From contig CAVZII010000005.1 of the NCBI GenBank assembly GCA_963775275.1, positions 1,731,445 through 1,795,444 of the forward strand: 64,000 bases of DNA, in the 5' to 3' direction. Positions 47,811 through 57,269 of the stretch are shown in pieces. A program made the translations under genes and the position numbers. The DNA comes from an uncultured Alphaproteobacteria bacterium (GTDB lineage: Bacteria > Pseudomonadota > Alphaproteobacteria > Caulobacterales > Caulobacteraceae). Positions within the stretch are counted from its first letter, which is position 1; every line of letters begins with the position of its first letter. Under the pieces are notes generated by a model. That model ran no database searches and was not told where the DNA came from. It saw nothing but the letters and a program-made list of their open reading frames with translations.

Positions 47811-49168
47811 GCGCGGCGACCTGCGGCCGCGAAGGCGCCCTCGAAGATGCCGGGGAGCTCTCCCCCCAGGAGCAGCTCGTCCACGACGGTGTGGCGATCC
47901 AGGTCGGGAATCGCGAACAGCCGGACCTCGTCCAGATCCGCAATCGCTTCGGCCTGGCTCCGGTCCAGCGCCATGCCGGCGCCGAAGTAGAGGTCGATCT
48001 GCGGGCGCGCGTCGGCGGCCTCGAGCCGCGGGCGCAGGGGCCCGATCATGTCAGATGCATACGTCTCGAGCCGGTCCATGATGGTTCGACCACGGCCTTC
48101 CGCCAGGAGCACGTCGCGCTCCATCGTCGTGGGCGAGCCGAAACAGAGCACACGCTGCGCGCCGAGGTCCAGCCCGTAGCGCATCGCCGCATAGCCCCCG
48201 GCGGAGGCGCCGATGGTGGTCAGCCGTCGCACGCCCCATTCATCCAGGGTCCGGCGAAGGCTTCGCAGGGTCTCCATGTAGTCGCGGCCCAGCTCCGCGT
48301 TGCCCGCCAGGTGGATCAGCCGGTTCGGGTCGAACAGGTAGATCGCGCTCACGCCCTGCTGGACGAGCAGCGCCTGGACGACGTCGGTGGGGACGCCGCC
48401 GAAGCCGCCGTCGATGCCGGTGAAGACGATCGCGGCGCAGTCCGTTCCCTCCTGGCGCCGCATGACGGCGGGACCAGCCCATTCCACGGGCCTGACGTCG
48501 CCGCCGGCGCTCCGGCAGGCGTCGATGGCATCGATGGCCATGAGCAGGAGGCGGATCTGCCGGCTCTCCTCCGGCGTGACGGCGCGTGCGGCCAGGCCCT
48601 GCAATCCCTCCCGCGCCGGCCCGGTCAGCCCCTTGGAGATCAGGCGGTAGGCCGCCTTGGCGGCGACCAGGATGGGCGCGGCTGGACTGGCGAGCGTCTG
48701 GATCAGGACGTCCGGATCGGCCAGGTCGGACCGTGCGGCCGCCAGCCTGGTCCTCAGGTGCTCCACCAGGGGATGCCCGGACTCGATCGCGGCCGCCTTC
48801 GCGAGCCAGGCTTTGGCCTCGTCGAAGTCGAGACGCTGGCGGGCGACGTGACCGAGCTGGCAGGGCCACTCGAGACTGTTCGGCTCCAGCTCGCGCAGCC
48901 GCCTCAGGCAATCGGTCGCGAGGTCGAGGTCGCTGAGCCTTGCCGCGAAGTCGGCGACGCGCGCCAGACTGGCGACGTCCAGCGTCGCCCCGTCCAGCGC
49001 GGCTCGGAAGGCGCCTGCCGCCGGTCCGCGCTGGCCCTGAATGAGCTCGGCCCTGAGGGCTTTCAGAAGCGCGCGGCGGGACCGTTCATCGGGATCGTGA
49101 CGCTGCGTCGGGGCCAACATCTTCTCTCGTGACAGCTCAGATCCCCGCTCGGGCTTGCTCGGATCCAA
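47807..49168 (-). CDS. TPR-like plus alpha/beta-hydrolase-fold protein (GASAGG), paralog B
   Basis: 453 aa (alternative start M17 at 49120). ..AAIVFTGIDGGFGG..AIYLFDPNRL..RRLTTIGASAGGYAAMRYGLDLG..DLDRHTVV.. Confidence 0.7.
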   Translation of the reverse strand: MDPSKPERGSELSREKMLAPTQRHDPDERSRRALLKALRAELIQGQRGPAAGAFRAALDGATLDVASLARVADFAARLSDLDLATDCLRRLRELEPNSLEWPCQLGHVARQRLDFDEAKAWLAKAAAIESGHPLVEHLRTRLAAARSDLADPDVLIQTLASPAAPILVAAKAAYRLISKGLTGPAREGLQGLAARAVTPEESRQIRLLLMAIDAIDACRSAGGDVRPVEWAGPAVMRRQEGTDCAAIVFTGIDGGFGGVPTDVVQALLVQQGVSAIYLFDPNRLIHLAGNAELGRDYMETLRSLRRTLDEWGVRRLTTIGASAGGYAAMRYGLDLGAQRVLCFGSPTTMERDVLLAEGRGRTIMDRLETYASDMIGPLRPRLEAADARPQIDLYFGAGMALDRSQAEAIADLDEVRLFAIPDLDRHTVVDELLLGGELPGIFEGAFAAAGRRA

Positions 49169-49177
49169 GGCCGCCCG

Positions 49178-50704
49178 CTACCGCCTCGTCCGGCGCGAGC
49201 CGGGGCCGGATCGGGGACGCCCGTCGGTGACGGGACTCTCCTCAGCGGCGGAAAGGTCGGCCTCGACATCCATGGGACCAGGATCGTCCGGCAGGGGCGC
49301 GAGCGCCGCGCCCGCCTCGGCCGCCCGCAGGAACGGCGCAGAGGCCTGGTAGCCCGTAGGCAGCTCCGGCAGCTCGGTGATCGTGCGCTCCTTGCGCTCG
49401 AGCCTGGGATGGATCAGCTCGCCGGTCTCGGCGTAGACCGCGACCAGCCGCCCCCAGTCCTCCCGGCCGTAAGCGAAGGCCTTGCCCTCGGGATCGATGT
49501 CGGACCAGTCCGCCTCCTGCGGCGCGGCCGAGGCCCGGGCCATCCAGGCGCGCGCCTCGTCGGCGTTCCCCACCGCGAATGCCGTGCGCGCCATCAGGGC
49601 GCACAGCCGCTGGGTCGGCGGCTCGACCAGCAGGGGCGTGGCGGCCTCGCGCGCGCCGGGACCGTCGCCCGCGATCAGCGCCTGCTCGACCATCAGGAGC
49701 CGGCTCTCCCGAGCGGCGGGATTGAGCCCGGCCAGGTCCTTCAGGCGCTCTGCCCGGCGGCGCGGCGTCTCGTCGGTGTAGAGATCGCGGTAGAGCAGCC
49801 ACAGGGCCGGGTGCGGCTGGATCTTCCAGGCGTTCTCGCACTGGCCCTCGGCGCGGCCGGCCTTGCCGTCGGCCGCCAGCAGGCGCGCCGCGATCACGGC
49901 GCCGGGCGCGAACCCGGGCTTCAGCTTGGCGGCGTCCAGCGCCTGGACGAGGGCCTCGTCGCGCGCGCGCCGATCGGCGCTGGACTCGAGCGACGCCGCC
50001 GACGCCGCCAAGAGCGCCGCGCGGGTGCGTTCGGCGATCAGCGGAGGCACGATCTTGCGCTCGAGCGCGCCCTTGACCAGCTCCAGCGCCCCTTGCCAGT
50101 CGGCCGACTCCAGCCGCGCCTCCAGGAGCGCGCGCCAAGCCCACCGGGCGGTGCGGGCGAGGCCGAAGGCGGCCTCGGCGTTGGCCAGGGCCGCCTTCTT
50201 GTCCCCCTGCGCGAGGGCGAGCTGCATCAGGCCGCGGTGGCCGGCCAGCTTCATGTCGGGAAAGCCGAGCATGGCCGTATAGGCGGCCTGGGCGCCGGGA
50301 ATGTCGCCGGCCGCCTGGGCGGCCTCGGCGGCCAGGATGCGCACCAGCGCCGGGGTGTCCTCCACCAGGTCCGAGGCGCGCTGGGCCCAGCGGCGGGCCT
50401 CCGAGCCGTCGCCGGCCGCGGCGGCCAGGAAGCCACGGGTCAGGGCCTCGGCGCCCTGGCGGCGGCGGGCCTGGGAGCGGGCGAGCTCGGCGCGCCGGGG
50501 GGCCTGGATCATCCAGATCACCGCCCGCCAGAAGGCCACCGAGATCAAGGACCCGATGACCACCAGCATCACCGCGGCGGCGGCGGTCATGTCCAGGCGC
50601 CAGCCCAGCCAGTCGAGCGAGGCGTGGCCCGGCTGGCCGATCACGGCGGAGGCGGCGACCGCCACCGCGGCGGCCAGCACCAGGAGCAGGGCGGCGCGGA
50701 TCAC
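49178..50704 (-). CDS. hemY: HemY-domain TPR membrane protein (heme biosynthesis-associated)
   Basis: 508 aa with two N-terminal TMs (MIRAALLLVLAAAVAVAASAVIG..; ..AAVMLVVIGSLISVAFW..) then an Ala-rich TPR-like region. Position downstream of hemC-hemD-hemX matches the conserved alphaproteobacterial locus. Confidence 0.75.
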   Translation of the reverse strand: MIRAALLLVLAAAVAVAASAVIGQPGHASLDWLGWRLDMTAAAAVMLVVIGSLISVAFWRAVIWMIQAPRRAELARSQARRRQGAEALTRGFLAAAAGDGSEARRWAQRASDLVEDTPALVRILAAEAAQAAGDIPGAQAAYTAMLGFPDMKLAGHRGLMQLALAQGDKKAALANAEAAFGLARTARWAWRALLEARLESADWQGALELVKGALERKIVPPLIAERTRAALLAASAASLESSADRRARDEALVQALDAAKLKPGFAPGAVIAARLLAADGKAGRAEGQCENAWKIQPHPALWLLYRDLYTDETPRRRAERLKDLAGLNPAARESRLLMVEQALIAGDGPGAREAATPLLVEPPTQRLCALMARTAFAVGNADEARAWMARASAAPQEADWSDIDPEGKAFAYGREDWGRLVAVYAETGELIHPRLERKERTITELPELPTGYQASAPFLRAAEAGAALAPLPDDPGPMDVEADLSAAEESPVTDGRPRSGPGSRRTRR

Positions 50705-50711
50705 GACATCC

Positions 50712-51608
50712 TCACGGCGAGCCCGGATCCTGGGACGCCCGGGCGAGGTCCGCCAGGGCGGAGGCGCGGATGGAGGCGAGCCTCCGGTCGATCTCGGCCC
50801 GCCGCTCGGCGCGCGCGCGCCAGTCGGCCATGGCGTCCCGGCCCGAGGGCGGCAGGGCGGAAAGCTCGGACAGGGCCCCTTGCAGGTCGCCGTCGTCCAC
50901 CTTGCGCTGGGCGCGGGCCAGGATGGCGTCCACGCCCTTGCCGTTCAGCTGGTCGGTGCGGCGGATGGTGATGATCGCCGCGAAGGCCTGGGCGATGCGG
51001 GCGATCCAGCCGGTGCCGCGGGCGCGGGCGCGCGAGGCGACGGCCGCCTTGGCCGCGGCGTCGGGGTATTCGGCCGCAAGGGCCGCGAGCGTCGGCGCGC
51101 CGGTCTCGGCCAGAGGACGCAGGGCCCTGAGGTCCGCGGACTCGGGCAGCGCGGCCTCGACCACGGCCAGCTCGCCGGGGAAGGGCCGGGAGGCGGCGGC
51201 GGCCTGGGAGAGCGCGGCGGCCGACAGCGCCGCGGCGGCGGCGCGGGTCAGGCGCTTTCGGTCGGACTCCAGGCGGTCCACCCGCTGGCTCAGCGCCGTG
51301 ACCTCGGCGGAGGGCGGCTCTGCGCTGGCGGCCGGGGGCGTGGCCTCCTGGGTCTTCAGGCGAGCCTGGATGTCGGCGAGGCGCGCGTCCAGCGAGGCGG
51401 CCGGAACGTCGGCGGGTGCGGACGCCTGGGCGGCGGGCTTGGGCGGGAAGAGCTGTGCGCCGTATCGGCCGACCGCGACGCCGGCGACGATGCACACGGC
51501 GGCGAAGGCGATCACGATCCAGAAGGTCACGCCCATCAGCGGCCGGCGCGGCCCGTAGGCGGCCGGGTCCACCGGACTGGCGACATTGGCGGGATCGGGC
51601 GCGGTCAT
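50712..51608 (-). CDS. HemX-position protein (COG4223/mitofilin-like membrane-anchored coiled-coil protein)
   Basis: 298 aa with one TM (..GVTFWIVIAFAAVCIVAGVAVG..) and an Ala/Gln-rich coiled-coil. Called by synteny between hemD and hemY. Confidence 0.55.
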   Translation of the reverse strand: MTAPDPANVASPVDPAAYGPRRPLMGVTFWIVIAFAAVCIVAGVAVGRYGAQLFPPKPAAQASAPADVPAASLDARLADIQARLKTQEATPPAASAEPPSAEVTALSQRVDRLESDRKRLTRAAAAALSAAALSQAAAASRPFPGELAVVEAALPESADLRALRPLAETGAPTLAALAAEYPDAAAKAAVASRARARGTGWIARIAQAFAAIITIRRTDQLNGKGVDAILARAQRKVDDGDLQGALSELSALPPSGRDAMADWRARAERRAEIDRRLASIRASALADLARASQDPGSP

Positions 51609-51629
51609 CGGCCTTGCCTCTCGCCTCCT

Positions 51630-52328
51630 TCAGCTTGCCATCAGATTAAGCATGCGCCCCTCGTTGGGAAGCGTCGCGATGGACATGCGCCGGAAATTCA
51701 GGCGCTGAAGGGGGAGGGCGGCCGCCTCGGAGATGCACACGAGATCGAGTTCGGGGGCGGCCTCGAGGAGCGCCCGATAGCCCTCCAGCGTGCGCGCCGC
51801 GCGCGGGGAATGGACCATCACAGCGTCGAGCTCGACCGGGCGCGCCATCAGCGCGGCGGCGGCGGCATCGGGGATGGGCGTCGGCTCGGTGCGATAGACG
51901 GGGTGCAGCCGGGCCGCCAGGCCCATCCGGATCAGCTCGCCGACGAGATCGCCCGCCAGGTCCTCGGCGCCGGCGTGCAGGACCTCGCCGCTGAACGCGG
52001 CCCGGGCGGCGGCGATCAGCTGGGCCAGCGCGAGGGAGTCGCCTTCCGCCGAGCGCACGGACGCGAACCCCGCATCCGTGGCGGCGCGGGCGGTGGCCCC
52101 GCCCACGGCGAAGACCGGCAGCCCCCGCTCCCCGCTCAGGGCGGCGAAGGCGCGCACGCCATTGCGCGAGGTGAATGCGAGGGCGCCGACGCCCGCCAGG
52201 TCCGCTGGCGGGGCGTCCAGCGCGCGCACCCTCAGCACGGGAGCGACCAGGGGCTGGTGACCCATCGCCCTAAGCCGCTCGCCCGTGGCCTCCGCCCCGG
52301 GCGCGGCGCGCGTGACCCACACTCGCAT
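51630..52328 (-). CDS. hemD: Uroporphyrinogen-III synthase
   Basis: 232 aa [45 protein letters not shown].. has the HemD fold signature and sits between hemC and the hemX-like gene. Confidence 0.8.
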   Translation of the reverse strand: MRVWVTRAAPGAEATGERLRAMGHQPLVAPVLRVRALDAPPADLAGVGALAFTSRNGVRAFAALSGERGLPVFAVGGATARAATDAGFASVRSAEGDSLALAQLIAAARAAFSGEVLHAGAEDLAGDLVGELIRMGLAARLHPVYRTEPTPIPDAAAAALMARPVELDAVMVHSPRAARTLEGYRALLEAAPELDLVCISEAAALPLQRLNFRRMSIATLPNEGRMLNLMAS

Positions 52329-52338
52329 TGGAGGGAGT

Positions 52339-53289
52339 CTACACCCATTCGATGCGGTCGCCCGCCTCGGCGCGGATTTTGCGGCCCAAACTCAGCCCCA
52401 GCTCGCGCGCGAGGGCCGGCGGCGCGCCGGACGCCGGGACGCCCAGCTGGTCCTGCCGCCTGAACCGCTCGCGGCCGTCGGGCGTCAGGGCTTCGACCGT
52501 GAGCAGGAGCTGGCCGGCGTCGATCCGGGCGTAGGCGCCCATCGCCGTCCGGCACGATCCTTCCAGCGCCTCCAGCGCGCCGCGCTCGGCCGCGACCGCC
52601 AGGGCCGTCGGCGCGTGGCGCAGGGCGGCCAGCCAAGGCGCGTCCGCGTCCGACTCGCGAACCTCGATCCCCAGCGCGCCCTGGCCCGGCGCGGGCGGGG
52701 CCAGAACGGGATCGAGCAGGGCGGCGATGCGCTCGTGCAGCCCCAGGCGGTTCAACCCGGCGGCCGCCAGCATCAGGGCGTCCATCTCGCCGGCGTCGAG
52801 CCTGGCGAGCCGCGTGTCGACGTTGCCGCGCACCATCACGACCTCGAGGTCGGGCCTGACGGCCAGCGCCTGGGCCTGGCGTCGCAGGCTGGCGGTGCCC
52901 AGCTTCGCCCCCTGCGGCAGGGCCGCAAGGCCCGAAGCGCCGATCAGGGCGTCGCGCGGGTCCTCCCGCTCGGGGATGGCGGCGATGACGAGGCCGGGCG
53001 GCAGCTCGGCGGGCACGTCCTTGATCGAGTGCACGGCGCAGTCGATGCGCCCGTCCAGCAGCGCCTCCTCCAGCTCCTTGACGAACAGGCCCTTGCCGCC
53101 GGCCTCGAGCAGGCGCCGGTCCTGGATCCGGTCGCCGGAGGTGGTGATCAGGACCAGCGGCGCGACCTCGTCGGCCCGCGCGGGCGGCGCGCCCAGGGCC
53201 GCGGCGATGCGCTGCTGCATGTGGCCGGACTGGGTGCGGGCGAGCTTGGAGGCGCGCGTGCCGATGCGGATGGGCGGTTGCGAGGCCAT
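52339..53289 (-). CDS. hemC: Porphobilinogen deaminase (hydroxymethylbilane synthase)
   Basis: 316 aa ..[40 protein letters not shown].. (dipyrromethane cofactor Cys). Confidence 0.9.
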   Translation of the reverse strand: MASQPPIRIGTRASKLARTQSGHMQQRIAAALGAPPARADEVAPLVLITTSGDRIQDRRLLEAGGKGLFVKELEEALLDGRIDCAVHSIKDVPAELPPGLVIAAIPEREDPRDALIGASGLAALPQGAKLGTASLRRQAQALAVRPDLEVVMVRGNVDTRLARLDAGEMDALMLAAAGLNRLGLHERIAALLDPVLAPPAPGQGALGIEVRESDADAPWLAALRHAPTALAVAAERGALEALEGSCRTAMGAYARIDAGQLLLTVEALTPDGRERFRRQDQLGVPASGAPPALARELGLSLGRKIRAEAGDRIEWV

Positions 53290-53346
53290 GGCCGGACAGC
53301 TACCTCGGTGCGGGCGCCTCCGCTAGGGCGGCGCGGATCCGGAGCC

Positions 53347-54435
53347 ATGGCCGCCCTCACCGTCCTCGGCATCGAGACGAGCTGCGACGAGACCGCCGCG
53401 GCCGTGCTGCGCCTTCCTGACGCCGGCGCGCCGCAGGTGCTGTCCTCGCGGGTGTCGAGCCAGGCCGCCGAGCACCGGCCCTACGGCGGCGTGGTCCCCG
53501 AGATCGCCGCGCGGGCCCACGTGGAGATCATCGACCAGGTCATCCAGGCGGCGATGGACGAGGCGGGCGCCCGGTTCGAGGACCTGGACGCGGTGGCGGC
53601 CACCGCCGGGCCCGGACTGATCGGCGGGGTGATGGTGGGGCTCTCCGCCGGCAAGGCGATCGCGCTGGCGCGGGGAATCCCTCTGATCGCGGTGAACCAT
53701 CTGGAGGGCCATGCGGTCTCGCCGCGGCTCGGCGCGGCGCTGGCCTATCCCTTCCTGCTGCTCCTGGTCTCGGGCGGACACTGCCAGCTCCTGGCGGTGG
53801 AGGGGATCGGCGCCTGCCGCCGGCTGGGCTCGACCATCGATGATGCGGCCGGCGAGGCCTTCGACAAGATCGGCAAGGTCCTGGGCCTGCCCTATCCCGG
53901 CGGCCCCGCGCTCGAGCGCCTGGCCGAGGGCGGCGACCCGGCCAGGTTCGCCCTGCCGCGGGCGCTGGTGGGGCGTGAGGGCTTCGACTTCTCCTTCTCG
54001 GGGCTGAAGACCGCCGCCGCGCGGCTTGCCGAGGGGCTGACCAACGAAGCGGACCGGCGCGACCTCGCCGCCGCCGTCCAGGCCGCCATCGCCCGCCAGC
54101 TCGCCGAGCGCACGGACAAGGCGATGGCGCACTACGCACGCGCCCAGGGTGGTCGGAACCTGCGCTTCGCCGTGGCCGGCGGCGTCGCGGCCAATGCGCA
54201 GGTGCGCCGCCGCCTGCAAGAGGCCGCCGCCGCCCGGGGGTTCTCCTTCACCGCCCCGGCGCTCGCCTACTGCACCGACAACGCCGCCATGATCGCGCTC
54301 GCCGGCGCCGAGCGGCTGAGGGCGGGGCTGACCGACGGTCTCGATGTCGCCGCCCGGCCCCGCTGGCCGCTCGACGAGGCCGCGGCCGCCATGCGCCCGA
54401 CCCATGTCCCGGGCCGCAAGGGGGCCAAGGCGTGA
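53347..54435 (+). CDS. tsaD: tRNA N6-adenosine threonylcarbamoyltransferase TsaD
   Basis: 362 aa [37 protein letters not shown].. Start is inside the longer ORF 52285..54435. Divergent from hemC with a 57-bp spacer. Confidence 0.9.
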   Translation: MAALTVLGIETSCDETAAAVLRLPDAGAPQVLSSRVSSQAAEHRPYGGVVPEIAARAHVEIIDQVIQAAMDEAGARFEDLDAVAATAGPGLIGGVMVGLSAGKAIALARGIPLIAVNHLEGHAVSPRLGAALAYPFLLLLVSGGHCQLLAVEGIGACRRLGSTIDDAAGEAFDKIGKVLGLPYPGGPALERLAEGGDPARFALPRALVGREGFDFSFSGLKTAAARLAEGLTNEADRRDLAAAVQAAIARQLAERTDKAMAHYARAQGGRNLRFAVAGGVAANAQVRRRLQEAAAARGFSFTAPALAYCTDNAAMIALAGAERLRAGLTDGLDVAARPRWPLDEAAAAMRPTHVPGRKGAKA

Positions 54436-55421
54436 GGTCCGCAGGGATCATCGGCGGCGGCGCCTGGGGGACGGCCCTGGCCCTGGTCTGCCGCAGGGGC
54501 GGGCTCGAGGCGCGGATCTGGGCCCGCGAGGCCGAGGCGGTGGAGCAGATCAACGCCTCGCACGAGAACCGCCTGTTCCTGCCGGGCGTGGCGCTTGACG
54601 AGCAGATCACGGCGACCAGCGACATAGCCGATCTCGCCGGCTGCGACGTCGTCCTGGCGGTCTCGCCCGCCCAGCATCTCAGGGCCATGCTGACCGGGCT
54701 CGCCCCGCACGTCCGCTCCGGCGTGCCGGTCGTCCTGTGCGCCAAGGGGATCGAGCAGGGCTCGCTCAAGCTGATGAGCCAGGTTCTGGCCGAGACCTTG
54801 CCTGAGGCCGCGCCAGCGGTGCTCTCGGGCCCGAGCTTCGCCGCGGAGGTGGCGCGCGGCCTGCCCACGGCGGTGACCCTGGCCTGCCCCGACCCGGACC
54901 TTGGCCGCGCCCTGGTCGAGGCGCTCGCCGGGCCCAGCTTCCGGCCCTATCTGTCGGATGACATGATCGGCGCCGAAACCGGCGGCTCGGTGAAGAACGT
55001 CCTCGCGATCGCCTGCGCCATCGTCGAGGCGCGCGGGCTGGGCTCGAGCGCCCACGCCGCCCTGATCACCCGCGGCTTCGCCGAGCTGACGCGGCTCGCG
55101 GTCGCGCTCGGGGGCCGCGCCGAGACGGCGGCCGGTCTCTGCGGCCTCGGGGATCTCGTGCTCACCTGCTCCAGCGCCCAGTCGCGCAACTACAGCGTCG
55201 GCCTCGCGCTCGGCCGCGGCGAGAGCCTCGAAGAAGCCCTGGCCGGCAGGCTGTCGGTGGCCGAGGGCGTGGCCTCGGCGCCGGCCGTGCGCGCGCTCGC
55301 GGCGCGCCTCGGTGTGGAGACCCCGATCTCCTCGGCCGTGGCCCAGGTGCTGGCCGGCGAGACCAGCGTCGATGCGGCGATCGAGGGCCTGATGGCCCGG
55401 CCGCTGAAGTCGGAACAATAG
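54432..55421 (+). CDS. gpsA: Glycerol-3-phosphate dehydrogenase [NAD(P)+]
   Basis: 329 aa ..[16 protein letters not shown].. Rossmann fold with full-length GpsA similarity. ATGA-type overlap with the tsaD stop. Confidence 0.9.
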   Translation: MRSAGIIGGGAWGTALALVCRRGGLEARIWAREAEAVEQINASHENRLFLPGVALDEQITATSDIADLAGCDVVLAVSPAQHLRAMLTGLAPHVRSGVPVVLCAKGIEQGSLKLMSQVLAETLPEAAPAVLSGPSFAAEVARGLPTAVTLACPDPDLGRALVEALAGPSFRPYLSDDMIGAETGGSVKNVLAIACAIVEARGLGSSAHAALITRGFAELTRLAVALGGRAETAAGLCGLGDLVLTCSSAQSRNYSVGLALGRGESLEEALAGRLSVAEGVASAPAVRALAARLGVETPISSAVAQVLAGETSVDAAIEGLMARPLKSEQ

Positions 55422-55430
55422 GAGAAAACC

Positions 55431-55718
55431 ATGCCGCTCTTCGTGATCAGCTGGCGGGACAAGCCGGACAGCCTGCAGGTGCGGATGGACGCGCGCGAGG
55501 CGCACCTGAACTATGCGGCCAAGCTCGGCGACCGGGTCAAGCTCGGCGGGCCTTACCTCGACGCCGAAGGGCGCATGATCGGCTCGCTGATCATCGTGCA
55601 GGCCGAGAGCCTCGATGAGGCCATGGCGCTGCACGACGCCGATCCCTACAAGCTCGCCGGCCTGTTCGAGACCTCGGACGTCACGCCCTGGCGGGTCACG
55701 CTCAACAGCTTCGCTTGA
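55431..55718 (+). CDS. YciI-family protein (Dabb-like)
   Basis: 95 aa MPLFVISWRDKPDSLQVRMDAREAHLNYAAKLGDRVKLGGPYLDAEGRMIGSLIIVQAESLDEAMALHDADPY is the YciI-like signature. Confidence 0.8.
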   Translation: MPLFVISWRDKPDSLQVRMDAREAHLNYAAKLGDRVKLGGPYLDAEGRMIGSLIIVQAESLDEAMALHDADPYKLAGLFETSDVTPWRVTLNSFA

Positions 55719-55773
55719 GGGCGTCTTAACCGGAGCCGGCTAGGAGGACGGGGAACCTCGTCAGGACCCCTTC

Positions 55774-56490
55774 ATGGCCGATCCCCTGCGCGCCCTGGCC
55801 TCGATCAACGGCCGCTTCGCGCCCGCCTTCGCCCAGACCATGCTCGTCTCGCCCCGCGCCAGCGGGGACGTGGCGGCCTTCCAGGCCCATGCGAGGGAGA
55901 CCGGCTTCGAGTTCACCGACCTGTGGGCCGACAACAACATCCCCTTCATCGCCCCCGTGCTGCGCCGGTTCGCCAGGTGGAAGGACAGGATCCGCTACCT
56001 CGAGATCGGCGCCTATGAGGGCCGCAACCTCGCCTTCATGGACTGGCTCCTGCCCGGCAAGCTGGAAGTCACGGTGATCGACCCCTGGTTCGACCCGGAC
56101 CTCAATCCCGAGGACAAGTACCACGCGGTCGAGCCCCGATTCGGACGCAACGCTGATAAGCTCGCCTTCCCGTCGCTGACGGTGACCAAGGGCTTCTCCA
56201 CCTACGAGCTGCCCAGGATGCTCGAGGCCGGACAGGGCTTCGACCTCATCTATGTGGACGGCACCCACACCGCGCTCGGGGTGATGATCGACCTGTGCTT
56301 CTGCGCGGCCATGCTGGAGGTCGGCGGTCTGATGATCCTGGACGACTACTGGCATCAAGAGAGCGAGATCGGGGGTCCGGGCGTGAAGCAGGCGGTGGAC
56401 CGGTTCCACGGCGCCTTCCGCCGCTACTTCGAGCTGGAGGCGGTCTACCGCCAGGTGGTGCTGCGCAAGACGGCCGAGATCCCGCGCTGA
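55774..56490 (+). CDS. Class I SAM-dependent methyltransferase (O-methyltransferase-like)
   Basis: 238 aa ..RYLEIGAYEGRNLAFMDW.. (motif I-like) ..DLIYVDGTHT.. (motif post-II). Family-level call only. Confidence 0.7.
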   Translation: MADPLRALASINGRFAPAFAQTMLVSPRASGDVAAFQAHARETGFEFTDLWADNNIPFIAPVLRRFARWKDRIRYLEIGAYEGRNLAFMDWLLPGKLEVTVIDPWFDPDLNPEDKYHAVEPRFGRNADKLAFPSLTVTKGFSTYELPRMLEAGQGFDLIYVDGTHTALGVMIDLCFCAAMLEVGGLMILDDYWHQESEIGGPGVKQAVDRFHGAFRRYFELEAVYRQVVLRKTAEIPR

Positions 56491-56608
56491 CGGTCCCGCG
56501 TCCAGGGAATCTGAACGTCTTTTCCGAAGAACTGAACGGCCGGCGCGTTTCCTCGGGCCAACCGGGCGACTAGATTGCCTCCCAAGCTCGATAAGGAGGC
56601 CAAAGCCC

Positions 56609-57269
56609 ATGCCGCTTCAGCTCAACGACACCGCTCCGGACTTCACCGCCGAGACCACCGAGGGACCGATCCGCTTCTACGACTGGGCGGGCGATTCCTG
56701 GGTGCTGCTGTTCTCCCACCCCAAGGACTTCACGCCGGTCTGCACCACCGAGCTCGGCGCGGTCGCCAGGCTCAAGCCGGAGTTCGACAAGCGCGGGGTC
56801 AAGGTGATCGGCCTGTCGGTGGACCCGGTCGAGAACCATTCGGCCTGGTCCAAGGACATCGAGGAGACCCAGGGCCTGGCTCCCAACTTCCCGATGATCG
56901 GCGACACGGACCTGAAGGTCTCCAAGCTCTACGGCATGTTGCCGGCGGACACGGAGGGGACGTCCGAGGGCCGCACGGCGGCCAACAACGCCACGGTCCG
57001 CAACGTCTTCGTCATCGGACCGGACAAGCAGATCAAGCTCCTGCTGGTCTACCCGATGACGACCGGGCGGAACTTCGAGGAGATCCTGCGGGTGATCGAA
57101 CTCCATGCAGCTCACCGCCCGTCACAAGGTCGCGACGCCGGCGGACTGGAAACAGGGCGAGGACGTGATCATCGTCCCGGCGGTCTCCAACGACCAGGCC
57201 AAGGACATGTTCCCCAAGGGCTTCAAGGAGCTGAAGCCCTACCTGCGGACCACGCCCCAGCCGGGGTGA
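56609..57269 (+). CDS. 1-Cys peroxiredoxin (Prx6-like), interrupted by an apparent +1 frameshift near 57099
   Basis: MPLQLNDTAPDFTAETTEGPIRFYDW..HPKDFTPVCTTELG..LLLVYPMTTGRNFEEILRVI then the frame shifts. The -1 frame continues DSMQLTARHKVATPADWKQGEDVIIVPAVSNDQAKDMFPKGFKELKPYLRTTPQPG*, the canonical Prx6 C-terminus. Deleting one a of gAActcc restores 219 aa. Confidence 0.8.

Noticed and set aside
49409-52463. Long plus-strand ORFs (49409..50971, 50301..52463) antisense to hemY, hemX and hemD
   Set aside because: Low-complexity shadow ORFs. The hem genes on the minus strand are supported by homology and synteny.
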